From assembly GCA_036867785.1 (NCBI GenBank), contig CP145417.1, forward strand, positions 992,001 through 1,056,000: a DNA stretch of 64,000 nucleotides. Direction: 5' to 3'. The DNA is from Plasmodiophora brassicae (lineage: Eukaryota). The notes under the pieces are model-generated. The model was not told where the DNA came from. It did no database searches and was given only the letters and a program-made list of their open reading frames with translations. The position numbers were made by a program, and so were the translations under genes. Shown one piece after another: positions 32,220-43,500 of this stretch (position 1 is the first letter of the stretch; each line of letters opens with the position of its first letter).

Positions 32220-32792
32220 TCAGATGAGGAACGCGACCAGGGCGATGAGCCCGACGGCAACGGGTGACATCTTCAACGACGATGCGGCGTTCTCCGTCGA
32301 CCACGACCCGCCCGAGTTGTACCCGTTCGACGACTGCGATGGCGCCTTCGACTCCTTGATGGCGCCGGGGTACGACCCGGACGACGACGACGGCGACGGC
32401 GCTGGCGCTGGTGCGGGCGCTGAGTTGCTGTTGTACGTCTGGGTGGTCTGACGCGTCGTCGGCGTCGTCGACGTGTACGAAGCAGGGGCTGGTGCACGAC
32501 GGGTCGGGGCGGGAGCCGTGTACGTCGCTGGGGCTGGGGCTGGAGCTGGCGGGCGTTGTTGCGTTGTGGTTGGGCATTCACTGGTTGGCATCGGGGGCGG
32601 CGGGACCGGCGCCGGCGGCTTCGTCGTGGGCGGCGGCGCCGTCGTCTGGGGCGGCGTCATCGGGCAATCGGGGCTCGGCGCAGGACCAGGCGGGGCTGGT
32701 GCACTGTACCCGACCGCGTCGGACGAGGTCGCCTGGACGACGCCTGCGGCAACAGCAGCAACAATGAGCAGGATGGCGTTGAACGAGTTCAT
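32220..32792 (-). CDS. Secreted Pro/Thr/Ala-rich, probably GPI-anchored surface protein
   Basis: Signal peptide, PAPAP/TT-rich body, NAASS omega-like site and a hydrophobic C-terminal tail. Confidence 0.8.
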   Translation of the reverse strand: MNSFNAILLIVAAVAAGVVQATSSDAVGYSAPAPPGPAPSPDCPMTPPQTTAPPPTTKPPAPVPPPPMPTSECPTTTQQRPPAPAPAPATYTAPAPTRRAPAPASYTSTTPTTRQTTQTYNSNSAPAPAPAPSPSSSSGSYPGAIKESKAPSQSSNGYNSGGSWSTENAASSLKMSPVAVGLIALVAFLI

Positions 32793-33076
32793 GGTGGGGA
32801 CGATTGGGGGTGGGCGTTCGTTCGTTTGCTGACTGTTGCGGTTGCAGGTGCGGCTGGTGCCTGTTGGGATTCCCCAAGATTTTCGTGAATGGCTGCCACC
32901 AGCAGCCCACCCGCCCCCGGCAGCCGGTGGCGAACCGCCACGTGTGACTCACGCAGGCGGGCCACTGGTGCACCAGAAGCGTGACGCGCCGATGCAGACG
33001 TCACGCTCCCGGTTCCGGGGCACACATGACGTCACGGGCGCCTGGGCGAAGCCTCCTGTGATCGCGAGCTGTCACA

Positions 33077-34989
33077 GGATGGATGGCGGCGGCCTGGTCC
33101 TGGTCCTGGACCGGACCATCGACGAAGGCGCCGAGCCGGTCCTGATCGCGTGCCCAGCGCCAGACGAGGGCACCGTCGCCGCGAAACTCTACGCCATGCG
33201 GACGACGATCGCCGCGGTCGACGATGTCGCCCGGGGCGTCGCCGGATCGACGACGGCCGCCGTCCACCTGCGTCTGGATGGCCTCCTGCTGACTGCGGCG
33301 ACAGTAACGCCATCGCAGCGCGCCGGGTTCTCCATCTGCGTCATCCGGGAAGGTGACCCGACCGCCTTGGCCCAGAGCATCGCGCAGGCGGTCCGGTTCC
33401 GATTCGGAGAGCTCGACGGTACGATGGGTGTCACGTCCGATGGCGTCGTCTGAATCGGTGGCTTGTGCAGTGCAGGGTGTTCAACGTCGGACCGGCGACG
33501 TGAAGGCGTTCCTGGGAGCGTACATGGCCAAGGTCATGCATCCGTGTCGCTCCGGGTGCGTCCTGGTCGCCGATCACGTGGCCACCTTCAAGCCCGGCCT
33601 GTCCGCGTCCGTCCAGATCAGCGAGTTGCTGACGGCGGTCGAGACCAGCCCTAGGGCCATGGTGGACACGGCCATCACTGTATCGTCCGCCCTCTCTCTC
33701 TCGTTGCAGCGGCCGTCGCCTTGGCTGACCGTGGCCCGTTCAGGGGCGCCCACGTTACTGCACGCCGCTCGGGGCATGTCTATTCCGTCGTGGCCTTTGC
33801 ATCGGGTCGCACCTGCCCCTGCCCGACGTTGTCGACACGGCGCGGTTCTGTGCAATCCAGGGCATCGTGGACCGGTCCGAACGTCAGTTGACGACGGGGC
33901 GTCGTTCTTCCGTTTCCAACGCGGTCTAACGACGCGCGTCAGATGACGGCCTGGTCGTGTCGTGGCACCGCGTGCACCCATCCGGCGAGCGCTCGCGGAT
34001 CCTCTGCATGGTCGCCAGCGCCGATATCGTTGCCTGCATGCAATTCGTGTGCCACAGCGAGGGCACGCCGGACGGGTCGGGCGGCGTCGTTGCTGTCGCG
34101 TCGTCCCTGACTGTCCGCACAGGCACATCGACCCGTTCTACACGTCCGAACTTCAGAACCTGGCCATTGGGTTCGCACGCGGCGACCATCGCGACCTGCT
34201 GGTGCAGGTCGACCGTGACCTGCAACGCTACGCCGGCCTGGTCGTGTCGCTGGACGACCTGCCGGCCGAGTTGCACAGTCGAGCGGACCAGGGGCGGGTC
34301 GTCGTCGTTGCTCCCCCGTCGCCGCAGAGCCGGTCGGCGCCGTCGAGTCCCCGAATTCGACGACGTGCTCGAGCGTCGTCGCTGTCGCCGAGGCGATTGC
34401 CCTCTGCGGTCCCTGACGCCGGTCCACAGGTGGATGGGCCTCCCAGGTGCCTACTAACGCGCGTGATGCGCCCGCGCTCCACTGACGCCTGACCAGGAGG
34501 ATCACGATCGGGGACCCCAACGTTCTTCTTCACTACGTGATCATTGATCGGGCGTCATCGACGCGGTTCGACAGCGACCCGCCGCGTGACGGTGCGTCGG
34601 ATCTGGACCGCCAGGTCGTGGCCTGTTTCCATCGCGCCGTTGCGCGTATGGAGCGCCAACTCGATCGCAGCGTGCGGGTTCGGCGATCTTGGAGCGGGCT
34701 GGTGGTGCGCATACCTATGCTGACCGTCGCGCCCTAGGACAAACGACGGCAGGACGTGGATCGTACCGCGTTCCCGGGCCTGCCCGCTCCGGTCCTGGTG
34801 GCGAAGGCCAAGTGCGAACTGAACGGCGATGAAAATCGGAAACGGTTCGGATCGCGACGCGTCCCCTGCCCAGGTACCGTCGAGCAGCGCCTGAAGTTCG
34901 ACCTGACGGCGGGGTCGCCGTCCGTTGCCTTCGCGGATCGTCGGGTCCAGTTCTGGGTGATCGGGTCGGTCTGGATGCGCACCCGGTGA
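33077..34989 (+). CDS. Hypothetical multi-exon protein
   Basis: Chain of coding-like + strand segments separated by short GT..AG intron-like gaps. No domain recognised; boundaries approximate. Confidence 0.4.
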
Positions 34990-35164
34990 TGCGTCCCTGC
35001 TGACACATGATGATTAGACGCCTGGTGCCGCCCGCTACTGAATGCTACGTCTGCGTCGAGGGCAGCGTCCCGCAGAACACGGTCGACCTGGCGTTCCAGC
35101 TCGTCGCCGCCTGGTCCTGACCGCTGATCTGTGGACCCCGTATCTGGGAGATATATGCACATTG

Positions 35165-36517
35165 TTATGGTACCGGCGTTATGCAGGGCGTTATGCTGTC
35201 CTGGGACAGCCACGGGTGCTGCAGCACGTCCCGAAGCGTCAGGCGGTCTTCAGCGGCGCAGAGCAATCCCGACAGCAGGTCCAGGGCGAGCGGCGACGAC
35301 GACATTTGCCATTTCCGCAGCAACTCGCGAATTTCGCCGCAGTACAGCAGGCGGAATCGTCGATCGGCGAGCGTTGGCAATTCGTACGGCGGGCAGCCGA
35401 ACAGCATGACGAACAGTATGACGCCGGCACTGTAGATGTCGGCCTGAGGCCCGTAGAATGCCTGGCCGGCAAAGATCTCGGGCGACATGTACCCGATCTT
35501 GCCCGGCTTCGTGACCGGGCAGGGCGGGAACGGCCTCACCGCATCGAACGAGCGAGCCAGGCCAAAGTCGGTCAGCTTCAGGTCCCCGTGGTCGTCCAGC
35601 AGGATGTTCTCCAGCGACAGATCCAGGTGGCAGACGTTGTGGCTGTGAATGTACCTGGCAGGCACACGCCGTCGCCGTCAGCATCCGTTCAGCAGAACCA
35701 GGGATTACGCAGTGCCTCACTCGAGCGCTTTAGCCAGCTGCAGGAAGTATTTCGCGGCCGTGTTCTCGTCCAGGCGCCCAGACTCGCTGATGACGTCGAA
35801 CAGTTCGCCCCGCGACGCGAACTCCAGCACCATCCAGTAGTGCTCGTCGTCCTCGAGCGACTCGATCAGGCGGACGACGTGCGGGTGCCCGGGATCGCCG
35901 AGCTGCTCCAGAAGGTGCATCTCGTTGATGGGGTCCTCGAGGACCTTGTCGCCCTTCAACGATTCCTGCCTGAGCACCGCCGATTTCGCCGACAGCTTCA
36001 GCGCGACGTGGTCGCCGGTCGACCGGTCGATACCGAACACGAGCTTGCCCTGCAAGGTGGACCGCACCGTGCGCACACACTTGTACCTCTGGCCGGGGTC
36101 TGCCGCCGTCGGCGTCGTCGCTTTCACCTCGTCGTCGTTCGGGCTTTCGAACAGGATGAACGGGGAGTCGTCGTCGACCAGGTCGGATGCGCTGCCGGGT
36201 TCGGCCGCGTCCGCAGCGGCCGGCACCGACTCCAGCAGGAACCGCGCGTTCTCAACGGCCTCGCGAAGGTCGCAGAGCACCTTGTTCGTGCGCATTTCGA
36301 CCCAGTACGGGTCGACCGGCCCTTCCTGCCGCTGGTAGGACGCGATTTCGCGGTCGAGCGCGTCGAGCTTGACCTGCAGGCCGCGGAGCATGTGGCGATC
36401 GGCGCGCCCGGACACGATCTCCGACGTGCAGCGCTCGCGCAGCTCGTTCCATCGCCGCACCAGCATGGCGACGGGCGCGTCGCCCTCGTCGGCGTCGTCG
36501 GGCCCGCCCATCGCCAT
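35165..36517 (-). CDS. Ser/Thr protein kinase (CAMK-like), 2 exons
   Basis: VALK, HPHVVRL, CHLDLSLENILL, DFGLA, GKIGYMSPE, DIYSAGV; intron near 35655-35718. Confidence 0.92.
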
Positions 36518-36907
36518 GGCCGACGTCGGTGTCGGGGGTTGCGCGCGCGACGCCGCCCCGCCGCGCCCCTGCCCGCCGCTGCCCTGAAAGTGACCCTGGA
36601 CTCTACCACTGGTGTCCGGCCCAGACCTCGCAACTCTGGACAAAAAGGTTGTGTGCGACTGCGACTCCGCCGCCCAAGTCCGTCCGACACGGGGGCCTGC
36701 CTGACGCGGCGACGGGGGGCGCGCGGCCGCCGCGCAACTGCGTGCAGGCAGCAGTCGGGGATCTTCCCCAGTCACGCACCACCTGCTGCCTAATTCGGGC
36801 GCCGCCCACGTCCCCCCGTTCCGACGCTGCCAGCTGCTGAGGCCCCCGTTGCGCGGCTGCTGCAACGCTCCTATCAGAAGAGGGCAGCCGCGCGGCGTGA
36901 CGCCCGT

Positions 36908-39517
36908 TTACTGCATGATGGTGTCCCCTGTGGCCATCGTCGCCATGGGGACGGTGTCCGCCTCGGCACGTCGCTGCAAGGTCCGCCCGGAGGCCAGCGT
37001 CGCCATGCGGCCGGTGGCGGCGGCGATCTCGGTGGAGGCTGCTGTCCAGGCCGGGTCGGTCCAGGCGTTGTCGGACGACTCGACGATGGCCGGGCGTGCG
37101 GACCGCGACCAAATGCGGGCGGCGACGGCCGGGCCGACACCGATGACGACGAGGGCGAACAGGGCGGCGCCGTGGATCGCGACGGCGAACACGGCGATGA
37201 CCTGCGCGGGCGTCGTCTGCGCCAGGTTGACCATCAGCAGGATGAGCAGGACGACGACGATCTTGAGGCATGCGAGCGGCAGCGCCAGCGTCGGGTCGAA
37301 CCGCCCCGGATGGCGTTGGCCGCGGGCGACCAGCATCCAGATGGCGTGCTGGACGTGAATCGCCAGCGACATGCAGGCCTGGGCGATCGGCACGTGCGCC
37401 AGCAGGCAGACGACAACGACGTCGACGGTCGGGACCGCCACGATCGACACGACGGCCCTGCGCCGATCAGCGACCGTCGTTGTCGCTTCTAGGCCCTTGT
37501 GCACCGGGTACCGGTACACGCAATAGACGACGAGGCCGTTGCCCAGGACGACCTGGGCGACCAGGACCACGTAGCAGACGGCGCTGACCGACGCGTTGCT
37601 GTCGCCGGCGAACTGGACGTGCATGCCCGCCGACAGCAGCAACGGGTGGTTGAACAGGGTCTGCACGCGGGCCGCCCATTGCAGGACGCTGTCCTTCACT
37701 GGAACGGCGTCGCGCGCCACGACGGTCGGCAGTGCCCGGGGCAGCACCAGCCTGTGGGACGACAGCGACGACCGTCAGCAACGTGCTGGAGGGGCATCAC
37801 CATCATCATCAGCGTACCGCGTGACGAACACGCCGAGGACGACGGCGCCCAGGACGACGACGTTCCAGTAGGCGACGTAGACGACGTACAGGCCGGGGTC
37901 AACCCCGGCCTGGTTGGTGATCCAGGCGAGCGGGTACGTGCGCCCGTCGATGGCGCTGCCGCCGGGAGGCGGCGACCCGACCCACCCGCCGATCATCGTC
38001 GAGACGCCGGGCGGGGCCACGAAGCCCGCCATCCAGGCGACCGGCGCCAGCGACGTGCGGTACACGGGCGGCAGCGTCGTGGACAGGCACCCGCACAGGA
38101 TGGCGTCGCGGACGTACTCGAACAGGGCGGCGACGCTGGCGCGCGTCGTCGACCGGCCGAGGGCGACCAGGGCGACGATCGCGACCGTGACCAGGACGAG
38201 GCCCGGCACGTCCGTCGTCGTGGACCCTTCGCCGGGGTACGCGTCGCAGTCGCCCGGGTTGGCCTGGCACAACGCGACGTTCGCCGACTGAGGTGCGACG
38301 ACGCCGCCGCCGCCCACCGTTGACGTTGCTCGACGTGTGATGCGCCCTTGGCTCTTTGACGTCGCCCGCGCGTATCGCGTTGTCGTGCCCCTCGCTGCTG
38401 CTGCTGCGCCGGTCCCTCGCGACGATTGGTGAAAGGTCGTCATCGGCAACGCGTTCGTGCCGCGGTTCGCCACGCCCGCCCCCCACGTACGTGTCGTGCT
38501 GTTCGGTCTGGCGACCCTGCTGCCCTTTGACGGCACTGCCGCGTGTCGCGACGCCGTCGCCTTCGTCATAGCGATCGTCGGGCGCCCCGACGTCGGTCGA
38601 CGCTTGGTCTTCGCCAACGTGGTCGCCCGCCTGGTCTTCCTTGCCGTCGTCGCCCGCCTGGTCTTCCGTTCTGTCGTCACCCGCCTGGTCCTCGTGGCCG
38701 TTGTCGGTCGCCTGGTCCTGGTCAACGTTGTCGGTCGCTTGGTCGTCGGGTGCCTGGTCGTCGGGCGCCTGGTCGTCGGGCGCCGGGTCGTCGGGCGCCG
38801 GGTCGTCGGGCGCCTGGTCGGACGTCGTGTGGGCCGTCTGGTGGTTGGTGGTCGTCTCGTGCGCGTCGAGGGCTGGGGCGTCGGCGGCGGGCACAACGGG
38901 GGCACTTGCCCGGTGTCGTATCCGGTGATCGGCGTCGGCCCGCAGGTCAGCACGCTGGGGCTAATGTCCACCGAGTACACGAGGGTGGCCAGCGGGGCGA
39001 ACAGGCCGTTCGGCAGGCGCGTCAGCTGATTGCCGCGCAGGTCGCTGAGTGGCACAGTCGTTATCAGCAGCAGCAGCAGCAGCAGCATCAGGCGGCCACC
39101 ACGAGGGCCCCGTCCTACAGTATCGTCAGCAGCGTCAGCCCGTTGAAGGCGCCGTCCTCGACCCAGGTGATGCTGTTGGTGCTCAGCTCCAGCCAGGTGA
39201 CCCTGCTGAACGCCGCGAACGCGTTGGCGGCCAGGCGGGCGACCTGGCAGTTCGCGATGTGGATCTCGGTCACCGCCGCCGGGTTCGCCACGCCGACCAG
39301 CGTCGACGCCGTCAGCGTCACCCCGCTCAGCGCCGCACACGACTGGACGTTCCTGAAACGGGGGCGCGCGCGCGTTACGACCGTCATCGAGGGGGGCGGC
39401 GAACCCGTTCGCTTACAGGGCCGTGCTGGTGCAGTCGACCGACCCGCATTCGCAGACGCTGACCGCCGCCCCGACCGACCAGCCGACGATGACAACGATC
39501 AGCGAACGCGGCGCCAT
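36908..39517 (-). CDS. Multi-exon membrane protein: signal peptide, LRRs, PTTRR mucin-like stalk, multi-TM C-terminus
   Basis: MAPRSLIVVIVGWSVG; LELSTNSITWVEDGAFNGL and DLRGNQLTRLPNGLF LRRs; Thr/Arg repeats 38580-38860; several hydrophobic helices in ORFs 37775 and 36908. Confidence 0.7.
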
Positions 39518-39718
39518 CGTCGAAACGGATCTGAACGTAAGGTCGCCGCCCCCTGGATAATATCTTGGCAGCGGTATCGCGCCGAGCGAAATATCCAGCT
39601 GGGTGTGGGCGGGCATCGGCTGCTGCCCCTGATGAAGCTTAACGGGACCGCAGGGGGGGGGGGGGGGGGGGACCCGGTGTCACGTTACGGGTGGTGGACC
39701 CACCCACTAGTCAGGACG

Positions 39719-40395
39719 ATGAGCGGCGCGGACGACGACGGTGAGGACCGGGGCGTGTTGGGCCGCCGGTCTAAGCTCGGCTGACGATCGTCGTCGTCCC
39801 AGGGCCGCCGCCGCTGGAGGACATGCGGCCGTTCGTTCGGAAGCGCCCGGGCGCGCCGCAGCCGGCCCGGTCGGAACGGGGCACGTTCGCCGGCCTGGCG
39901 CCCGGGTTCCTGTCCGCCCCGGCGGCCGAGACGGGTCGGCAGCGGGCGTCGTCGACACCGGCGACGTCGGTGGGTCGCTGCTCCCGAGCGACGGACGGGC
40001 GGCAGGGGCTCGTCCTGCCCGACGTGCAGGACGCCATGGCGAAGTCGCCCGACCGAGGTCCGCCTGGCTGAACGTGTTTATGTGTGTGTGCCCACCCGCC
40101 CCCCACAGCGTGGATGACCGACGACCTCCTGCGGGACGTCACGTCGAACGCGGCGCTCGTCCGGCAGATGGCGGACCCGAGGATCCAGGACGCCCTGGCG
40201 CTGATGGGCAAGGACCCGAAGGTGGTGCGGGCATCGTCGCCCCCATGGATGCCCACGGCTGACGCGATCGGCGTGCAGGCGGCGCTGGCCAAGTACAGGA
40301 ACGATCGGGCCGTCACCGATTTCATCGTCGCCTTCTCGAAGATCATGGCGGGCCACTACGCGAAGATGGCGACGACGACGACGGGCGCTCAGTGA
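39719..40395 (+). CDS. STI1/HOP-like DP-domain co-chaperone (multi-exon)
   Basis: WMTDDLL..ALVRQMADPRIQDALALMGKDPK..AALAKY pattern. Confidence 0.6.
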
Positions 40396-40521
40396 TACAT
40401 AAAGCACGACGGTCGGAAGCAGGAGACGCCCCCGAGCGAGGTTGAGTCACGCCCCGTCCCGCGACCGGAGGACGATGGTTGGTCGGTGGCAGCGTGCGCA
40501 TTCGCGTTTGGCGCTGTACAC

Positions 40522-43500
40522 ATGGACAACAAGGACGACGACGAGCAGCGGCAGCGGGTCCCCCAGCGGGCGCCTCGGACGCGTCGCATCAGCTCGAAGG
40601 TGGCCCCAGGCGAGGTGACGTCCATCACGGATCGCCTGTTCCCGACCGCTGCGCCATCGGCGGTGGCAGAGGAGGACGAGGCGGCGGGCGACAATGCCAG
40701 CGCCCCCGTGATGATCCCGGTGAGGAAGGAGAGGTCGATGAACGAGGCCATCGTGCCTGCTGAACGCGTCGACGACGTCCTGGCGGCGGACGACCCCAAG
40801 CAGGCCGCCGCCGCCGCCGCCGCTGAGCTTCAGGACGCCGACCCGGCGCCGCCTGTGCCCGAACAGGCCAGCGTCCAGCCTGTGCAGGACGCGCCCGACG
40901 ACCGCGATACGGCGTCAGCAGCGGTACCGACGGCGGACGACGACGACGCGATCGGGAACGACGCCGGTCCAGACGGGTCGGGCGCACCGACCGAGGAGCC
41001 GTCGCCCGAGGTCGCATCGGACGCTGCCGTCGGTCCAGAGCAGCAGTCCGACGACGTGGAGAAGGAGAAGAAGGACGGATGGTTCGCGGGCCTGTTCAAG
41101 CGAGGCGACGACGCCGATCAGCGCCGCGGCAGCGACGCCAAGGCCACGGGCGCTGCCGAAGATGCAAACGGGATGGGTGGCCGCCCCGACCAGCAGGATC
41201 CAGGCCAGGGCAAGACGAGCATGCCTGCCCAACAGCAACAGCAGCAGCAGCAGCAACCACAGCAGCAGCAGCAACAGGAGCAGGAGCGGGAGCGACAGGA
41301 ATTCAGTTCGAATGCCGTCGGTGGGTCGCCTGATGTACCCGGGAACGAGCGTCACCCGGCGCCGGAGAGCACGTCTCCTCGACCTGAAGACGAGCAGCGC
41401 CGCGGTCAGGAGGCCCCGAAGAAGGCGTCGGGGCAGGAGGAACCCAGGTCGAATGCGGCCGATACGTCTCGCGATGCAACACCGAGTGAACGCCGTCCAG
41501 AAGCGATGCGACAGCAGCAGGATAGCTCTCCAACGACTCCTCCTCCTCCTCGCGCTGAACAGGAACGGCACGGTCAGGACCAGCTGGCCACGAAGGGCGC
41601 GCCAGAGCAGGAGGAGTTCAGCTCGAACGCCGTCGGCGATCAGCAACGCCAGGGCGTACCCAATGGACACGATGCCGAGAAGAAACCCGATGGCGAGAAG
41701 CAGAAGGGCGGATGGTTCTCCGGGCTGTTCAAGCGAGGCAACCGGGACCGCAACGAGGCGGGCGACGCCAAGACGAATAAGGACGCCCCGTCAAACGACC
41801 GGGAGGACCAGCACGTGCCAAAGATGGACACGGCGCCGGCCGAGCAGCCGCAAGCACAGGCTGATCAGCAGCGGGACGACGACCGTTCCCGTGCGATCGC
41901 AGGAGCGGATCAGCAACCGGACGCGAACCAGTCGCCGCGAGAGCATGGCCGGGAGGTGCCCACAACAGCCCCGCCGAAGGAGGAGGCCAGTCCCAATGAC
42001 GTTGACGGGATGACGGATCCGGTGCAACCGAGTCGTTCCCCTGACGCGGATCGTGCACCTGTGCAGGAGGACGCTGACGATCCAACGACGAACAAGCCGG
42101 CGGCCGACCCGGAGGAATTCCATTCCAATGCGGTCGGCGGCGGTCAGCAACAACCCGATGAAGCGCACGTCCCGCGCGACGAGGACAATGAGGAGGCGGC
42201 CAGACCCAATGACATTGACGGGAAGGCCGATCCGGCACAACCGAGTCGTTCCCCTGAACCGGATCGTGTACCTGTCCAAGAGGACGATGACAGTCCAACG
42301 ACGAACAAGGCGGCGGCCGACCCGGAGGAGTTCCATTCCAATGCGGTCGGCGGCGGGCAGCAACAACCTGATGAAGCGCCATCGAGGGGCGACCGCGCCG
42401 ACAAGAAGGACGGCTGGTTCAGCCGCATGTTCCGGCGGGGCGACCGCCAGACGGCACCGTCGAAGGAGAACCCGTCGGAACCCGCTGCCCGCCTGCCGCA
42501 GGCGGCGTCCAATGCGATTGGCAATGACGAGGCCGCCGATGAGGTCGCCGGGCCCCCACCGTCATCCAGGCCAGACCAGGCGTTGGCGCCATCCGACGCA
42601 GACGCGTCTAACGACAACGCCGCGCCACAGCTGTCGTCGACGTCGCCTAACGATGATGTGGCGTCGACCACCGAAGCGACGTCTGGCGCGGACAACGTGC
42701 CGGCCGCGTCCAATGCCGACAGAAACGGCGCTCCAGAGGAAGGCCCGTCGCCGGTTTCGCCTATCGGGCAGGACGACGCTGGGGACACGGTAGGCAACGC
42801 TGCCGTACCCGCTCGCGGCGACGACAACGCCGATGCAAGCGGCCCGGATGATGCCCAGGAACGGAAGGTGCCGGATCCGGCCAGCTGGTTCAAAGGATTC
42901 CGAGGACGCGACCAGACGCGACGACCCGACAGCAACGACAGCGTCGCCGATAAGCAGGTCCCTGCAGACGATTCGCAGCAGGACGCCGCGCAGGGCACGC
43001 CCCAGGAGGACGCAGCGGCCGTCGCTTCCGGCGGGCGTCCGGATCGCCCCGTCGCAGAGGGCCGACCTGTCGACAACGTGGGCGACGGCAACGATAAGGG
43101 GGCGGCAGATGAACGACTGGGTGGCGACGACGGAAACGGTGCACGTGACCCATGGGATGCACAGCACGACGTGAAGGGCGCGGGGCGCCCCGCAGAGAAC
43201 GCCGTGCAACAGGACGAACCGTCACCAGCTGCTCGCAGTCGCGACGACGGCGCTGCAAAGGCGGCTCCTGCAGCCGAGTCGCAGCAGGACGCGGTGCAGG
43301 ACACGCCTCAGGTGGGAGCAGCGGCCGTCGCATCCGGCGAGCGACCGGATCGCCCTGTCGCAGAGGGCCGACCTGTCGACAACGCGGGCGACGGCAAAGG
43401 TCAGGCGGCGGCAGATAAGCGACTGGACCGAGACGACGGAAACGGTGCACGTGACCCATGGGGTGCACAGCCCGACGTGAAGGGCGCGGGGCGTCCCGCA

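Noticed and set aside
35042-36793. 583-aa + strand ORF and similar long antisense ORFs (56622-57869, 59016-60464, 61422-63167)
   Set aside because: Antisense shadows of real GC3-rich genes.
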